DNA of 64,000 bases from Octopus sinensis. Lineage: Eukaryota. Shown here one piece after another: positions 48,901 to 60,789 of this stretch. Every line of letters starts with the position of its first letter. The stretch's first letter is position 1. The translations under genes were made by a program, and so were the position numbers. The stretch spans positions 94,674,001-94,738,000 of the forward strand of contig NC_043002.1 in the NCBI RefSeq assembly GCF_006345805.1, given 5' to 3'. The notes under the pieces are model-generated. The model made no database searches, was not told where the DNA came from, and saw nothing but the letters and a program-made list of their open reading frames with translations.

Positions 48901-49138
48901 TGTTATATAATCATCACAACAAACATGAACAATCAACGTCGCCCATTGTCTCCCTTGATAAAAGGACTTTCACTTTGTTTCCCGCCAAAACAATTAACTT
49001 GTACAACAACGGCAGTCGAATAAAGTATCTTGTATCGTTAACACGTTGTTTCAGTCTCTCTCATTTTCTTAATCTTTCGTACTAAGTACTCACTACTTCC
49101 TTTAATACTTAATACATTATATATATATAACAACAACA
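48901..49138 (+). repeat. 3' LTR
   Basis: Identical to the 5' LTR except ACACC/ACACG and ACTCA/ACTTA. Confidence 0.97.
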
Positions 49139-49149
49139 GTACCAAGCGC

Positions 49150-49850
49150 TTCAACTGGTCGCACACCACAAGGTTCAACGGCATCTACTGAAGCAAACCA
49201 ACGCGCTCGCAGCATTTCCACGGATGATGGCGAGGCTAAGGCGTTGGAAAAGCCAATAATCCTCACGGACTTCACCTGACACATCGGTAAGGCGAGCTGT
49301 CAATGATGATAAGAACTTCGCGGTTAGCGGCCCATTCCCTCCGAACGTCTCAAACGCCACAAGTTGGAAGAGACAGTTCACTGTCAGGTCCCGATACTTC
49401 AGGGTTTTGTTCTGTTCGGCTACGGAAGCAGTGACCCTCCCATTTAGTGCAGCATCCAGGACATGGGGTGAAGAAAAAGGGTCACAGACTGTGGCATCCC
49501 AAATAAGGCACCTACTTCTAACTCAGGGACAGAAGGTAAAACCATCTGGTCTCTGTCACTTCTGGATAACTTCGTCAGCTCCAGAACGGACGGGTTATTA
49601 ATCCGAACCAGAGCCCACTTAATGATTAGGTTTAGCTCGGTGTGACAAGCGAAGCGACCAGCACTTAGGCAGCAAGACCGACCGTAAAGACCTGTTGGGT
49701 CGAGGGGCCTACCATAGCGGAATCACAGTCCCCTGCAGACGTCAGCTCCCGCTATAAGTGCGATGGAGATGTGGAGTTCATCTAGACTAAGCAGACCTCT
49801 AATGTTGGCCACAGGCAGGGTATCAATCCAGTCTCCCCGTTACCAATTCT
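49150..49850 (-). mobile_element. CRE-like (RLE) non-LTR retrotransposon C-terminal relic
   Basis: SGDWIDTLP, SAGRF..H..LN.II and FETFGGNGP..FL..L..RL..VSGE.RE..WLFQRLSLAIIRGNAAS. Confidence 0.75.
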
Positions 49851-49854
49851 CTTC

Positions 49855-49995
49855 AAAGATTTGTTGATGAAGTTACTCATAGTGTAGACATTGCTTCTGC
49901 TTATATTGATGATTCATTTATCACTAGTTCTTCTGCATCTGAACATAAACAATATCTACTGTAACTTGTAGCTTGGTTGTTGCATTACGGTGTTG
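49855..49995 (+). pseudogene. Short Gypsy RT fragment
   Basis: LQRFVDEVT..AYIDD. Confidence 0.6.
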
Positions 49996-50099
49996 TAATT
50001 ATAAAAATAGAATCACATAAGGTCGTATCATATAAGAGACACAGTCGTACGCGATCCCATTCTTAATAAGTCTTTACTGACCAGTTTTACATGCAGCGG

Positions 50100-51080
50100 C
50101 AAAACACATAAGTGGAATGACAACAAGATTTCTTTTTGAGATATATACATTATTTATTTTACATATTTTACAATCATGCTTGATGTTGGAAGTTTGTAAG
50201 TGTTAGCATGTTTTTTGTGTCTGTGTGTTCGTGAGGCGTAAAAGGTACTGACCAGTGAAATGACGATGGAATTTGGTTCACAGTTCATGTTGTTGGTATC
50301 AGCCTGGCAACAGATAGTAACAGATGGCTTAAGGTAGTTCTTAGAAGAACTAGAACCCAAGAACAGATAATTGATTTACCGTTTATGAGGTACCGTGTAA
50401 GAGTTCCATATCAAGAGGTTGCGTCTCGTAGTTGAGATTAATTGAATCACTCGTTGTGTTTATCTTTCTCTTGATATGAATATACTTCCAGATATATTAA
50501 CTGTAGCCGTTTTTCCCGTGGTGATATTTTCACCTAACCGCTATAGTTGAATCTGTAGTTTTCTTGTGTACAAATTAAACCTTCGATGTTCGGCGATGAG
50601 TTGTGTCTGTCGCTTGGTTTTTGCTGCGTCTTCATTATATATTCTGCTTGGTTATTTTTCTCTAGTTATAGATATCCTGTAACAGTTCTTTTCGTGGTAT
50701 TTTCACACTAACAGTATGAGAGGAATCTGTAACATCTTGTATTAATGGTAGTCGCCTGCCTTTCGAAACTGGAACATGGTCGAGTATGCTCTGTGTGGTC
50801 AGAGGTTAGCCCTGAGAAGGACTTGAAACCTAAGACGGATATTTGTCTGAGAAACCTTCTTTTATACAGTTTATTGGGCTCAAAATGAACTTCAGAAATG
50901 GAAAGCTGTGATTGGCTGCTTGGAACTATGGCGCGAAAATAAGCGGAGGCAAATCGCGTCACGTGATAACCAGCGGTGCGAACGTAGTACAGACCACGTG
51001 TCAGCCAATCGAATTAGTGTTTACAACAATGTTGAACTAGCCGAAGATGTTTGTAATCTCGACCGAGGTTATTCTTAATA
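50100..51080 (-). mobile_element. LTR-like element with CCAAT/E-box/TATA and poly(A) signal, possibly a distant relative of 33115-34424
   Basis: CACGTG at about 50960 and 50997, CCAAT at about 51005, minus-strand TATAAAA near 50860 and AATAAA near 50152; non-coding. Confidence 0.4.
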
Positions 51081-51240
51081 CTCTTCTCAAACAGTGAAGA
51101 TAGCAATGAGAGAACGATATTGCTACATAATCATTCCCACAAAATGTTACTTCGGGGTTCCCTCTCCAAAATTCTTAGGCTGCATTTTTAATAAAGATGG
51201 AATTATATTATAATGTGCAAACTATTTTATAGATTTCGCC

Positions 51241-51242
<2 letters not shown>

Positions 51243-51310
<68 letters not shown>
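51243..51310. repeat. (CT)n microsatellite
   Basis: Read directly. Confidence 0.97.
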
Positions 51311-51314
<4 letters not shown>

Positions 51315-52224
51315 AGATTGTGAAAATTTCTAGTTCTGGTTAATTTCTATGCTCACTTCATTCCGCACTGCGCTGAGACATATCCTCGTATGGAACTGTT
51401 ACGTAACCGAAGGAAGAAAAACCAAAAATTACAGACGGCAATCAAATTACAATTGTTTACAACAATTAAAGACAAATTATCTAAGGCTATTGATTCATCC
51501 TATACCAATGGCGCCTTTATCTTTTCGTGGATGCTTCCGAAGTATACAACAGTTTAATTCATAACTCATAGCAGCCATTTTCATTCTTAAAGTGATTAAA
51601 ACCAACAGAAACTAATGCAAGGCTTTCGATCGTGAATTATTGGAAGCCAATTTGGTTGTTAAAACAATTTTGTCATTTACTTGAAGGGCGACAATTCATC
51701 ATTTAAACCGATAACGATCTATTGCTGACTTATGTATTACAGTCAAAACCAGGAGAAACTTGGCACCTAGCTTTTATCACAGTTTACTGATGGTATTCGG
51801 TATCTCCACGGAGCTAATAACTGTGCCGCAGACACTTTGTTTCGAGTATATATTGATTCTTTACATTCTTTCAGTACAACTGACTTTTAAAAATTCCATC
51901 TAATCAGGAAATGAAGTTGCAACAACTAAGAAATTCAACTTCAGTGGATTTTTGTTTCTTTTCACTATCTGCTTCTCCAGTGTTTCTTTGGCAATATCTC
52001 CATCAATTGTGAATGATCTTTCGTTCCTTCACATCAGACTAATTTATTTTTCCACTTTTCATAATTCAACTCATACTGACGTTACCTCGTTAGAAAACTG
52101 ATTTCAGCTCAATTTGTTTGGCTAAGAATGAAGAATGATATTCAAGAATGAGTTTTAAAATACTTAGGGTAGCAGGGCTCCGAAATTCATGGGCATATTA
52201 TTGCACTCTCAGAACTTTTTCCCA

Positions 52225-52430
52225 TTTCAGATGTTTGCTTTCAGCACATATACATAGACTTTGATCAACCTTTACCTCCTGTATATCGCTAGATTTATCT
52301 GTTAACGTGTATTGATAATTTTTCTCGACTCTGAAATCATTCCTATTTCGGAGGACATTTCATCAGCGAAAGCTTTGATTTTCTTTCACTGGATTTCACG
52401 TTTTGGAATACCTACCGACAAAGGTCAGAA
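52225..52430 (+). pseudogene. Gypsy integrase fragment
   Basis: FQHIYID..LLTCID.FSR..HWISRFGIPTDKG. Confidence 0.65.
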
Positions 52431-52466
52431 GGTTGAGTTTACTCTTATACTGAGTTTATGCGTTTA

Positions 52467-53740
52467 TCAGGTTGTCCGGAAAGTCCGGAGCAATTTCAGG
52501 ATTTGTCTCTTTCAGCCCTTCATACTACAATCTTAATCTTAGTATGGCTCATATTTCAGAACTGCTTGCAGTACTGAAACCAAACAGCTAACTTCCACGT
52601 TAAAAATCAGCCTATATTTTTCTCCTTTCAGCTCTAATTACCATTTGAAATGGATAACCAAAGATTGCATATTCACCCCGTAATGCTTTTCTTTTTCAAA
52701 ATATGCTGAAAATGCTGCGGAAACGTGTAAAATCATTTGCGGAGTTTTTTGGTGAAGATGCTGCAGGTGAATCAACTGTTCGAAGATGGTATGCAAAATT
52801 TAGACGAAGTGAGTTTAGCTTGGAAGATGACAATTGCTGTGGAAGACTTTCAACGATATTTTGAAGGTAACCATTGAAGAAAACTCTAATAAAACGTAAA
52901 GACTAGAGAATTTGCAGAGAAGTTGGAAGTTTCCAAAATTACCATTCATAAATACTTAGTGAAAATTGGGTATGTTTCTCGCTATAATGTTTGTGCCTCA
53001 CAAGCTGTCAGGACAAAACTGCATGAACCGGTATTCCATCTGTGATATACTTCTGAAACAATGAAAATAAGCCTTTCCTAAAACAACTATTTACTGAAGA
53101 TGAAAAATGGAGTGTTTACGATAATGTAGTGAGTAAAATATCCTGGAGTTTGCATGAGAATCCTCGAAAACAGATTTCAAAGCAGAATATTCATTCAAAA
53201 ATGTCATGCTTTGTGTCTGGGGGAGATTTCAAAGGTATTATTTACTATGAGCTATTCCCACAAAATGAGATCATCAATTCTGATGTGTCCTGCCTTCAAC
53301 TATCAAATTTGAAACAAAGGCACAAAGAATTGGGACCAGCGCTCTCCAATAGGAAAGGGGTTGTGTTCCGCAAGGACAATGCTCGACCATATGCGTCTAT
53401 GTCCACCTGCACAAAATCGCATGAACTTGAGTAGGATCTCTTGCCTCATCCACCATACACTGCGCCACCTGTCCATAATTTGTTTTTGTCTCTGAAGAAC
53501 TCTTTAAAAGAAAAATCATTTAAAGAATTAGATGGTATCAAATCCCACCTAGATGACGTTTTTTTTTTCTTCCTTAAAAGCAGCTGAGTTTTATACCGAT
53601 GGAATATTTAAATTGCCTGCAAGGTGGACAAATGTCATAGAAAATAATGGAAATTAGTTTGATGAATAAAGATGAGAGTATGCTTAAAATTCCTTATTTA
53701 TTGTGCTTAAAAAATGCTAAGAACTTTCCGGACAACACAA
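52467..53740 (+). mobile_element. Older full-length mariner of the 29941-31213 family or a close relative
   Basis: TIRs TCAGGTTGTCCGGAAAGT / ACTTTCCGGACAACACAA with TA flanks; GIIYYEL, NRKGVVF.KDNARP and PHPPY; many stops. Confidence 0.9.
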
Positions 53741-53849
53741 TACTATATACTAAAAGAATTCGTATCACTCGGCCTAAAATGAAATTCTTTTAAACACGGC
53801 TTTACATCGTACGATGACATAGATGGTTGGAGTATCTGCCAATAATAGT

Positions 53850-54050
53850 GGTTTCGAATTTTAGCACAGGGCCAGCATTTTCGTGGAGAGATACATTGGC
53901 TAAATCGAACCCCCAGTGCTCAAGCGGTACTATTTCATCGACCCCGAAAAGATGTCGACTTCGGCAGAATTTGAACTCAGAACGTAAAGACAGACGAAAT
54001 TCCGCAAAGCATTTTGCCCGGCGTGCTAACGATTCTGTCAGCTCACCACC
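53850..54050 (-). mobile_element. OK/OR-like SINE
   Basis: Core GACTTCGGCAGAATTTGAACTCAGAACG..GGCGTGCTAACG. Confidence 0.85.
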
Positions 54051-54679
54051 TTATATCTGTCAATAATATTACTTGGCGTGAGATAATCGGTTAAAGTGGA
54101 TCTGGGTTTTACTCCAGTAGATTTATGATAGCACTTCGACTCTGCCTAGAAAGGTGGTTGAAATTTTCAGCATAACTCATGATCTATCCAGTTATGTACA
54201 TAAGCTGTACAATATGTGTCAAAACTACCAAAAAATGAAACTAAGTTTCCTGAAGTCTTGAACATTTTTAGCAAACTTATAAATACTCCGGACGTCAGTT
54301 CTCTATTTGGAATCTTTCTTATTGCAGCCAATGCTTATGTCTCTTTAGACCAACACTTAAGGAAATTTTCATCTCCTAGCTTTCTTTCTTAGTGATTGCT
54401 CTTGTTGTCACTGATGATTATGTCTTAACTTAGATGTTTCAGCTCTCACTTTTTGACAATTTCATAATTGTTTGAGTGTGTGTGTTCGTTTTCATGTCAA
54501 CGTTTCCATGCAAGCTTCCAGACAGTCTCTATTTATCAAATTTCACCCACACCAGTTCACCATTTAGGAATCTCTGCAAGAAGCGCAACTTCTGCCCGTA
54601 TCTGCACATCAACAGTTAGGATGCAAAAGGTTTTGGCAGAAGATGGACTGTTGGACAAGTGGAACACTAACAGTAAAGG

Positions 54680-54935
54680 TAAAGGCTACCTTCGCGAGTC
54701 GTGCCGACTCATAAGGTCTAATTTCCCGGTTTCCATCACATATATATTCCCCACCTGGGTGGGACGCCGGTCTGTCGCAGGATTACTCATTTTTGCCAGC
54801 TGAGTGGACGGGCACAACGTGAAATGAAGTGTTTTGCTCAAGAACACAACGTATCGCCTGGTCCAGGAATCGAACCACAATCTAGCGATTATCAGTCCGT
54901 CCAGTGTCCTAACCATTAAGCCACGCACTTCCACA
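54680..54935 (-). mobile_element. tRNA-derived SINE with CORE-like segment (family of 28608-28880)
   Basis: TGGCTTAATGGTTAG..GGTTCGATTCC, then TTGTGTTCTTGAGCAAAACACT. Confidence 0.8.
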
Positions 54936-54999
54936 AGCGGAACACTGCCCTTCTGCAATTAACTGAATAGCAGATGGTCCCGTATAATCAAATAGTAAC

Positions 55000-55921
55000 T
55001 GGAGCCTTGCGGCAAACAATGAAGGAGGTGATATAGCCATTCGCCACCGCTGACCGACTCTTCGGGAACAGTTTTTGTCTAGGCCCTTTTCTGGGTAAGA
55101 ATAGCCACCTTCTTTCTAACCCTTTCTCAGTACCAGTTCACCTGGAGGTCACGACCGAACTGGTCTCTGAACAGTTTAACTGATCCGTTGGTCCAGTATC
55201 CAACGACTACGTCTATCGGCGTGGACCTGCCTCGCGGCACCAAGCTGTAAGCCCACCAACTTGTTCGGGTTGATCTTAATTCATTCGACCGTCTCCTATT
55301 CCTTTATAATGGTACCAACCGCCTCTGTTTTGGTGAAATCGACACCATGATGCTATAATGCCATCCGCATATGCCGGGATCTAATTTGAAAGGGATACTC
55401 CTCAATTGTTTCATCTCACGCAACAACAGCTCAAAAGCCAGCAACTACAAAAGAGATGCGAGATAAGGCAGCCCAGTTGAACAAAGTGTGCGATGTGAAG
55501 CGATCGTTTACTTTGATTACTGAGTAGGTACCGCTGTGCACCGCAGCAATTTAGTTACGGAAACAGATCTGAGCTCGATCTCATTCAGGACGGCCTCCAA
55601 GAAACATTGGTCGACCCTATCAAAGTCTTTGACTGATCCAAAGTGACAAGAGACACCAAAGCCATCTTTGTTACCAACTCTCTCAATGACGTATCTCATG
55701 ATGTGGATATTATCGGAGATGGATCTGTTTCGGATCTCCTACGCTTGTGCTTCGCTGGACAGACAGCCGATGACAAGTGCCAACCTTTGCGCAAACAACT
55801 TGAACAAAATCTTAAATTTTGTATTTAGCAATGTTATAGATCTGAAGTTGTCGATGGTGACTCTTTTTTCAGCATTCTTTCTCAGCAACGTCACCGGTCC
55901 TCGGTTCACAATGCTATGAAT

Positions 55922-55956
<35 letters not shown>

Positions 55957-57110
55957 CTTCTGCTGATTTCAGTAAAGGTCTGCTAAGATGCCGCCTAACA
56001 AGTCTAGCATGAATTCAGAAAACTCAAAGGGCACCCATCCAAACAGAGCTAGCTATACCTTGTGCAACTGCTCATCATCTCCTGGATCTCAGCTTCAGTT
56101 ATCGGCATTTCGTAGCATCTCGTCCCTTCTTCCAAGAGCTGTGACAGGTTTTTAAGATTGAAATTTAGGTCTATTGCCATCTCCGACGCAATGACTGCTC
56201 TGAAAAGTCATGCAAAGTACTGTGGTCTGTATTAGGGACTAATTTTAATTGCAGACATCCTACATGTTTCCTATCCACTCTCTTAACAATATTCTAAGAT
56301 TTGCTCCCGTCGCAGAATACACATCCTGTATCTAGAGATACCAACATCAGCGCCGTTCATATCCAGAACCGCCGACTTACTGTCCGGGTCTATGAAGATT
56401 GCTCGTACATTTAGACCTAAGGATTTCCGGAATACACTGCCGACCTATCCTGGCAGATCACGAAATGAGAATATGTCATAACTCTTCAAAAATTGGCGCG
56501 AGCGATTTTGGTCTCACCGATGACTACCACGTCTATGTATAGGGAGCTGAGGTCATTGAGCAAGTAACCTTTCTTTATAGCTGACCCCACACCACGTACA
56601 TTTCTACACCTCCACTCTCAGTACAGCCACATTTGTCAGAGAAAGAAAATGTATCGAGTTTGCTCACCCTGACCTTGGAGAAGGCTGCATGATCTTTACT
56701 CCTCATTAGTTAACGAAGGAAAATGTTAAATTTATTTTTCGGGTGTATTTGTTGGGCATCTTTCTAAAAAGTCCGACATCGAAGACATCTCTTTTATACA
56801 TATATATGTATGAAGTAATTGGGATTTTGGACAGGAACTTTCTAAAACCTTCTACTCTGCTGTGAATATTTTTATTTTTGATTGCTTTTCCATTAGCTTA
56901 ATGCAGCTTTTTGAACAGAAAGAGGGCTAACATGATTTTTGCTTGTTGTTGTTGTTGTTGTTGATCTTGTGATTAAATTTACTTTTTTCCCTTTCTTTTA
57001 TAATTGTAATTGTGACTGCGTCTTTGATTTTTGATTGAGTTCTTTTTGTCGTCGTTGTGGTCGTAACGTTATGGTCTTGGTGAACAACTAGTGCATCTCC
57101 ATTACACAGA
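55000..57110 (-). mobile_element. Second, more deleted Tx1/L1-clade copy
   Basis: APE start VRGVGSAIKKGYLL..DVVVIGETK (~56590) and RT fragments DNIHIMRYVIERV, KDFDRVDQ; the RT piece resembles 2343-2924. Confidence 0.65.
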
Positions 57111-57229
57111 CCTTCACTTTTGGCCAACTTTGTTCTTTTAGTAACTGATGAGGGAAGTAAGCATGGGACTATGTGCGCAATTGTGTCCTATGAACAATCC
57201 TTGCTATGTTGTCATGACATCTCTTATAT

Positions 57230-58060
57230 TCCTTCAGGGCTAGTGACGTACATTGACTGGTAATATGCCATGCAGTTTCACCATTTTATCCACAGATTCT
57301 GCACTTATTACTTTCTGATATGTTGTTTCTTCTGTATTTGATGTAATTGGTTCTTAATAATTGCTCTTGTGCAGCACAGATTAGAGCTTCTGTTTCCTGT
57401 TTTAAATCACTTGTAGTCATCCATAGCCATCTTTTTTCTCTGTCTGTCTTATCTTCAACATCCCTATGAAATTGTCCATACATTCTTTTCTTTATCCACC
57501 TATTTTCAGTTTTATTCATTCTCAAATCCTTGTACAGTGCTCCATTCTACACAAGTCTGATCTTTTTACTTCCAATAATAGTGGTTCTGTGACATTTTTA
57601 CATACCATGCTATGTTGTTTACTTCTGCTCTAATGCTGTATTCGCATCCAATCAGTCCTCTTCCCCCTCTTTGTCTTGATACATACAGACTGTCTGTGTC
57701 ACTTTTTGGGTGGAGTATTCCATATCTAGTCAGCAACTTCCTTGTCTTTCTGTCTAAGCTGTTTAGTTCGTCAACTGTCCATGCGATTACCCCGCTCCAT
57801 ATCTAAGAAGTGAAACCTTCCAGATGTTGATAGCTTCAATTTTATTCTGTCCGTTTAATTTCGACTTAAGGATTGGTCTCAGTCTGCGCAAGTACTCCAC
57901 CTTAAATTTTTCTGTCGTTTCTTTCTCCATCAATTTATCCATTTCCAATATCCCCAAGTACTTATAGCTCGTCTCTTCTATCTGCTTCATAGCCTCCACC
58001 GACGGTATCGCTAGCCCGTCCATGCATTTGATCTTGTCTCTCTCCAAGTCTAACACACAT
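57230..58060 (-). mobile_element. R4/Dong-like fragment
   Basis: YKYLGILEMD..LKSKLNGQNKIEAIN..YGAG and DLKQETEALICAAQEQ.LRTN..CRICG. Confidence 0.85.
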
Positions 58061-58236
58061 TAGCACGCCGGGAGAAATGCTTAGCGGTATTTCGTCTGTC
58101 TTTATGTTCTGAGTTCAAATTCCGCCGAGGTCTTTCAGGGTCGATAAATTAAGTACCAGTTGCGTACTGGGGGCGACCAAATCGACTGGCCCCTTCCCCC
58201 TAAATTTTTCAGGCTTTGTGCCTACGGAAGAAAGGA

Positions 58237-58275
<39 letters not shown>
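58060..58275 (+). mobile_element. OK/OR-like SINE with (ATT)n tail
   Basis: TTAGCACGCCGGG..GAGTTCAAATTCCGCCGAGG..GGCTTTGTGCCTA. Confidence 0.85.
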
Positions 58276-58276
<1 letters not shown>

Positions 58277-58466
58277 GGGAGTGGTTGAGGTGGTAGTGAT
58301 GATGACGATGACACTGACGATCATTATGATGAAATGCTTACAAATCAATATTCAATACCATTTCATAAATTTTAGTCTTATATCTTTATTCCTATGTTTA
58401 CACTTTACGCAGTTCTACTTGCATTTTCATATCACAAGTACACCAATCCTTATTACTCTTTACATC

Positions 58467-58516
<50 letters not shown>

Positions 58517-58809
58517 CTACAAAATTAGAAAATGGAGAAACATATATATATATATACCAGAACCTTTTTACACCACATATATATCAATTTTTCTTCTGTT
58601 TTTTCTTTTTATCTTTTTACAGAGTCTTTTTGTGATGTATTGGAATGTTAAGTGTTTGGTGAAGGAAGATGTTGAACCTGTTGAAAGCATTTCATCGTGT
58701 ACCTTCTCTTGCCCTAAGTCACGAGTAAATACTTGACAAGCAATTGTCCAGAATAACCAAAGAAAGCAATGCTATAATAATTTTTTCCATGATATGAAAT
58801 GTTATTCAT

Positions 58810-59047
58810 CGTTATCATTGTCGGCGTCGACGTCAGCGTTGTCCACGTTGTTCGCGGCTTCCTTGGCAGTGGCTATGCTTTCGGCGGCGGCGGCGGCGGC
58901 GGCGGCAGTGCCTTCGTCGGCTTTGTTGTCCTCGACGTCAGCGATGGTATCGGCAGTGCTGGTAATCATCAGCAGCGTTAGCGTCGGCAGTGTTGGAAGC
59001 ATCGGCGGCGTTGGAAGCGTCGATGGCATTGGAAGCAACGGCTCGTG
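58810..59047. other. CpG-rich low-complexity island with (GGC)n
   Basis: Dense CG content in an AT-rich background; GTAAGT follows at 59049. Confidence 0.7.
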
Positions 59048-59544
59048 GTAAGTTTGCATTTTATTGCCTTCAAAAGTTTGTGTATTGTATTATATTTTTT
59101 ATGTAAAAGTTGTGCAACAACTAATACATTCGGTTGTGCAAATTCTTTGCACGGGAAACCTGCCCTGTGTGACGTGTTACCCGATTTTGTAAATTTGTTT
59201 TCGGCTTTCCTAGCCATTTCTGTTTTGAGGATGGTGACTTCAAGCCATGAAGTCGTTGTTGAAAGGAACGCTGGTCTACTTGACAACGCTTACGATGTTG
59301 ATTTCCTTACACTGCCTTCACCACAGCTTCATGAAGGAGGGAAGGAGGGGAGAAGCAATACAGGTGCAAGTGTAACCATGGACGCTAACTCCGCCACCGA
59401 CACACGAAGAATTGGAAGAACCCAGACGACAGCTTCACAGTCAACTACCACTACGAACAACTCTGCCACAATCATCACCACGACCACCACCACCACCAAA
59501 AAAGACAAATTTTGCAGAAGCATTAACTCCAAAAAGGAGAATTT

Positions 59545-60750
59545 GGATCTTTTCGGTTTGAACGGCAGTTTTTTCTTGCGGTGTCATATGAAATTGTCAC
59601 CCATAATTATGACCCTAGTATCGATCTATTGCATTTCAATCTGTTTTAGGGTTAGGGTTAGGGGTGGGGGGAAGGGTATCTTTTTTTCTTCACAAATGTA
59701 AATAAACACAATCTGTTTCTTAAACGAGGGATTCATACGGCACAGAATGTTTAGATCTTTTCCTTTTGAACGGCACATGTCAACACAATTTCTAGTTAAC
59801 TAAACACTTTTAAACTTCGTATACTGGTAGAATGTGTTTATTAAACATCATTTTTTCTTGGCTTTATTGAGAAAATTCTATAGTTTGTAACATATTTCGT
59901 TTGAAATTTCAAGCATTTCGGCAATTTTAACCAATCGCTCACCTCCATTGACGCAAACAACATTCTGTGCTGTATGAATATGTCCCTCGTTTAAGGAACA
60001 GATTGGGTTTATTTACATATGCAAAGGAAAAGAGATACCCTTCCCCCACCTCTAACCCTAACCATAACCATAACTCTAACCCTAACCTTAAAACAGATTG
60101 AAATGCAATAGATCGATACTAGGGTTATAATTATGGGTGACAATTTCACTTGACACCACTAGAAAAAATCCCATTTTCCGTAGCGGTGTCGTATGAAATT
60201 GTCACCCATAATTATAAACCTAGTATCGATCTATTGCATTTCAATCTATTTTAGGGTTAGGGTTAGAGTTATGGTTAGGGGTAGGATTAGGGTTAGGGTT
60301 AGGGATAGGGTTAGGGATAGGGTTAGGGTTAGGGGTGGGGGAAGGGTATCTTTTTTTCTTCACAAATGTAAATAAACCCAATCTGTTTCTTAAACGAGGG
60401 ACATATTCATACAACACGGAATGTTTTCACCCCAAATGGAGGTGAGCGATTGGTTAAAATTGCCGAAATGCTTGAAATTTCAAATGAAATGTATTACAAA
60501 CTATAGAATTTTCTCAATAAAGCCAAGAAAAATGATGTTTTATAAACACATTCTACCAGTATACGAAGTTTAAAAGTGTTTAGTTAACTAGAAATTGTGT
60601 TGACATGTGCCATTCAAAAGGAAAAGATCTGAATGTTTTCACCTCAATAGGTTGAAATTGCAGAAATTGAAGAAAAAAAACAACAAATATCTTACAAACT
60701 ATAGAATTTTCTCAATAAAGCCAAGAGAAAAAGATGTTTTATAAACATTG
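59545..60750. mobile_element. Merlin-like MITE (host copy, one TIR) split by a nested insertion
   Basis: TIR GGATCTTTTCGGTTTGAACGGCAGTTTT at 59545; the sequence resumes at 60639. Confidence 0.8.
59753..60630. mobile_element. 878-bp palindromic dimer of the Merlin-like MITE with perfect 8-bp TSD
   Basis: Ends AGATCTTTTCCTTTTGAACGGCAC / GTGCCATTCAAAAGGAAAAGATCT; GAATGTTT at 59745-59752 and 60631-60638; the two halves are inverted copies. Confidence 0.9.
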
Positions 60751-60789
60751 TTTTATTCCAGGACTGTGTGTGTTAACGAATGGAATTGT

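Larger units (their letters stand above)
44608..49138 (+). mobile_element. Complete young Ty3/Gypsy (Mag-like) LTR retrotransposon, 4531 bp
   Basis: Two 238-bp TG..CA LTRs with 2 differences, GTACC TSD (44603-44607, 49139-49143), PBS, PPT and one intact ORF. Confidence 0.98.

Noticed and set aside
50808-50832. Hammerhead-like CTGAGAAGGACTTGAAACC
   Set aside because: The core is not CUGANGA and no stems I or II can be formed.
59045-59701. 218-aa ORF as a secreted protein
   Set aside because: It starts at a non-ATG codon, and its last third is read through the Merlin-like MITE; no domain recognised.
22855-60330. TTAGGG/CCCTAA runs suggesting telomere or interstitial telomeric sequence (22860, 25250, 59645, 60050, 60250-60330)
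   Set aside because: All are short and lie at fixed internal positions of MITEs; there is no long pure array.
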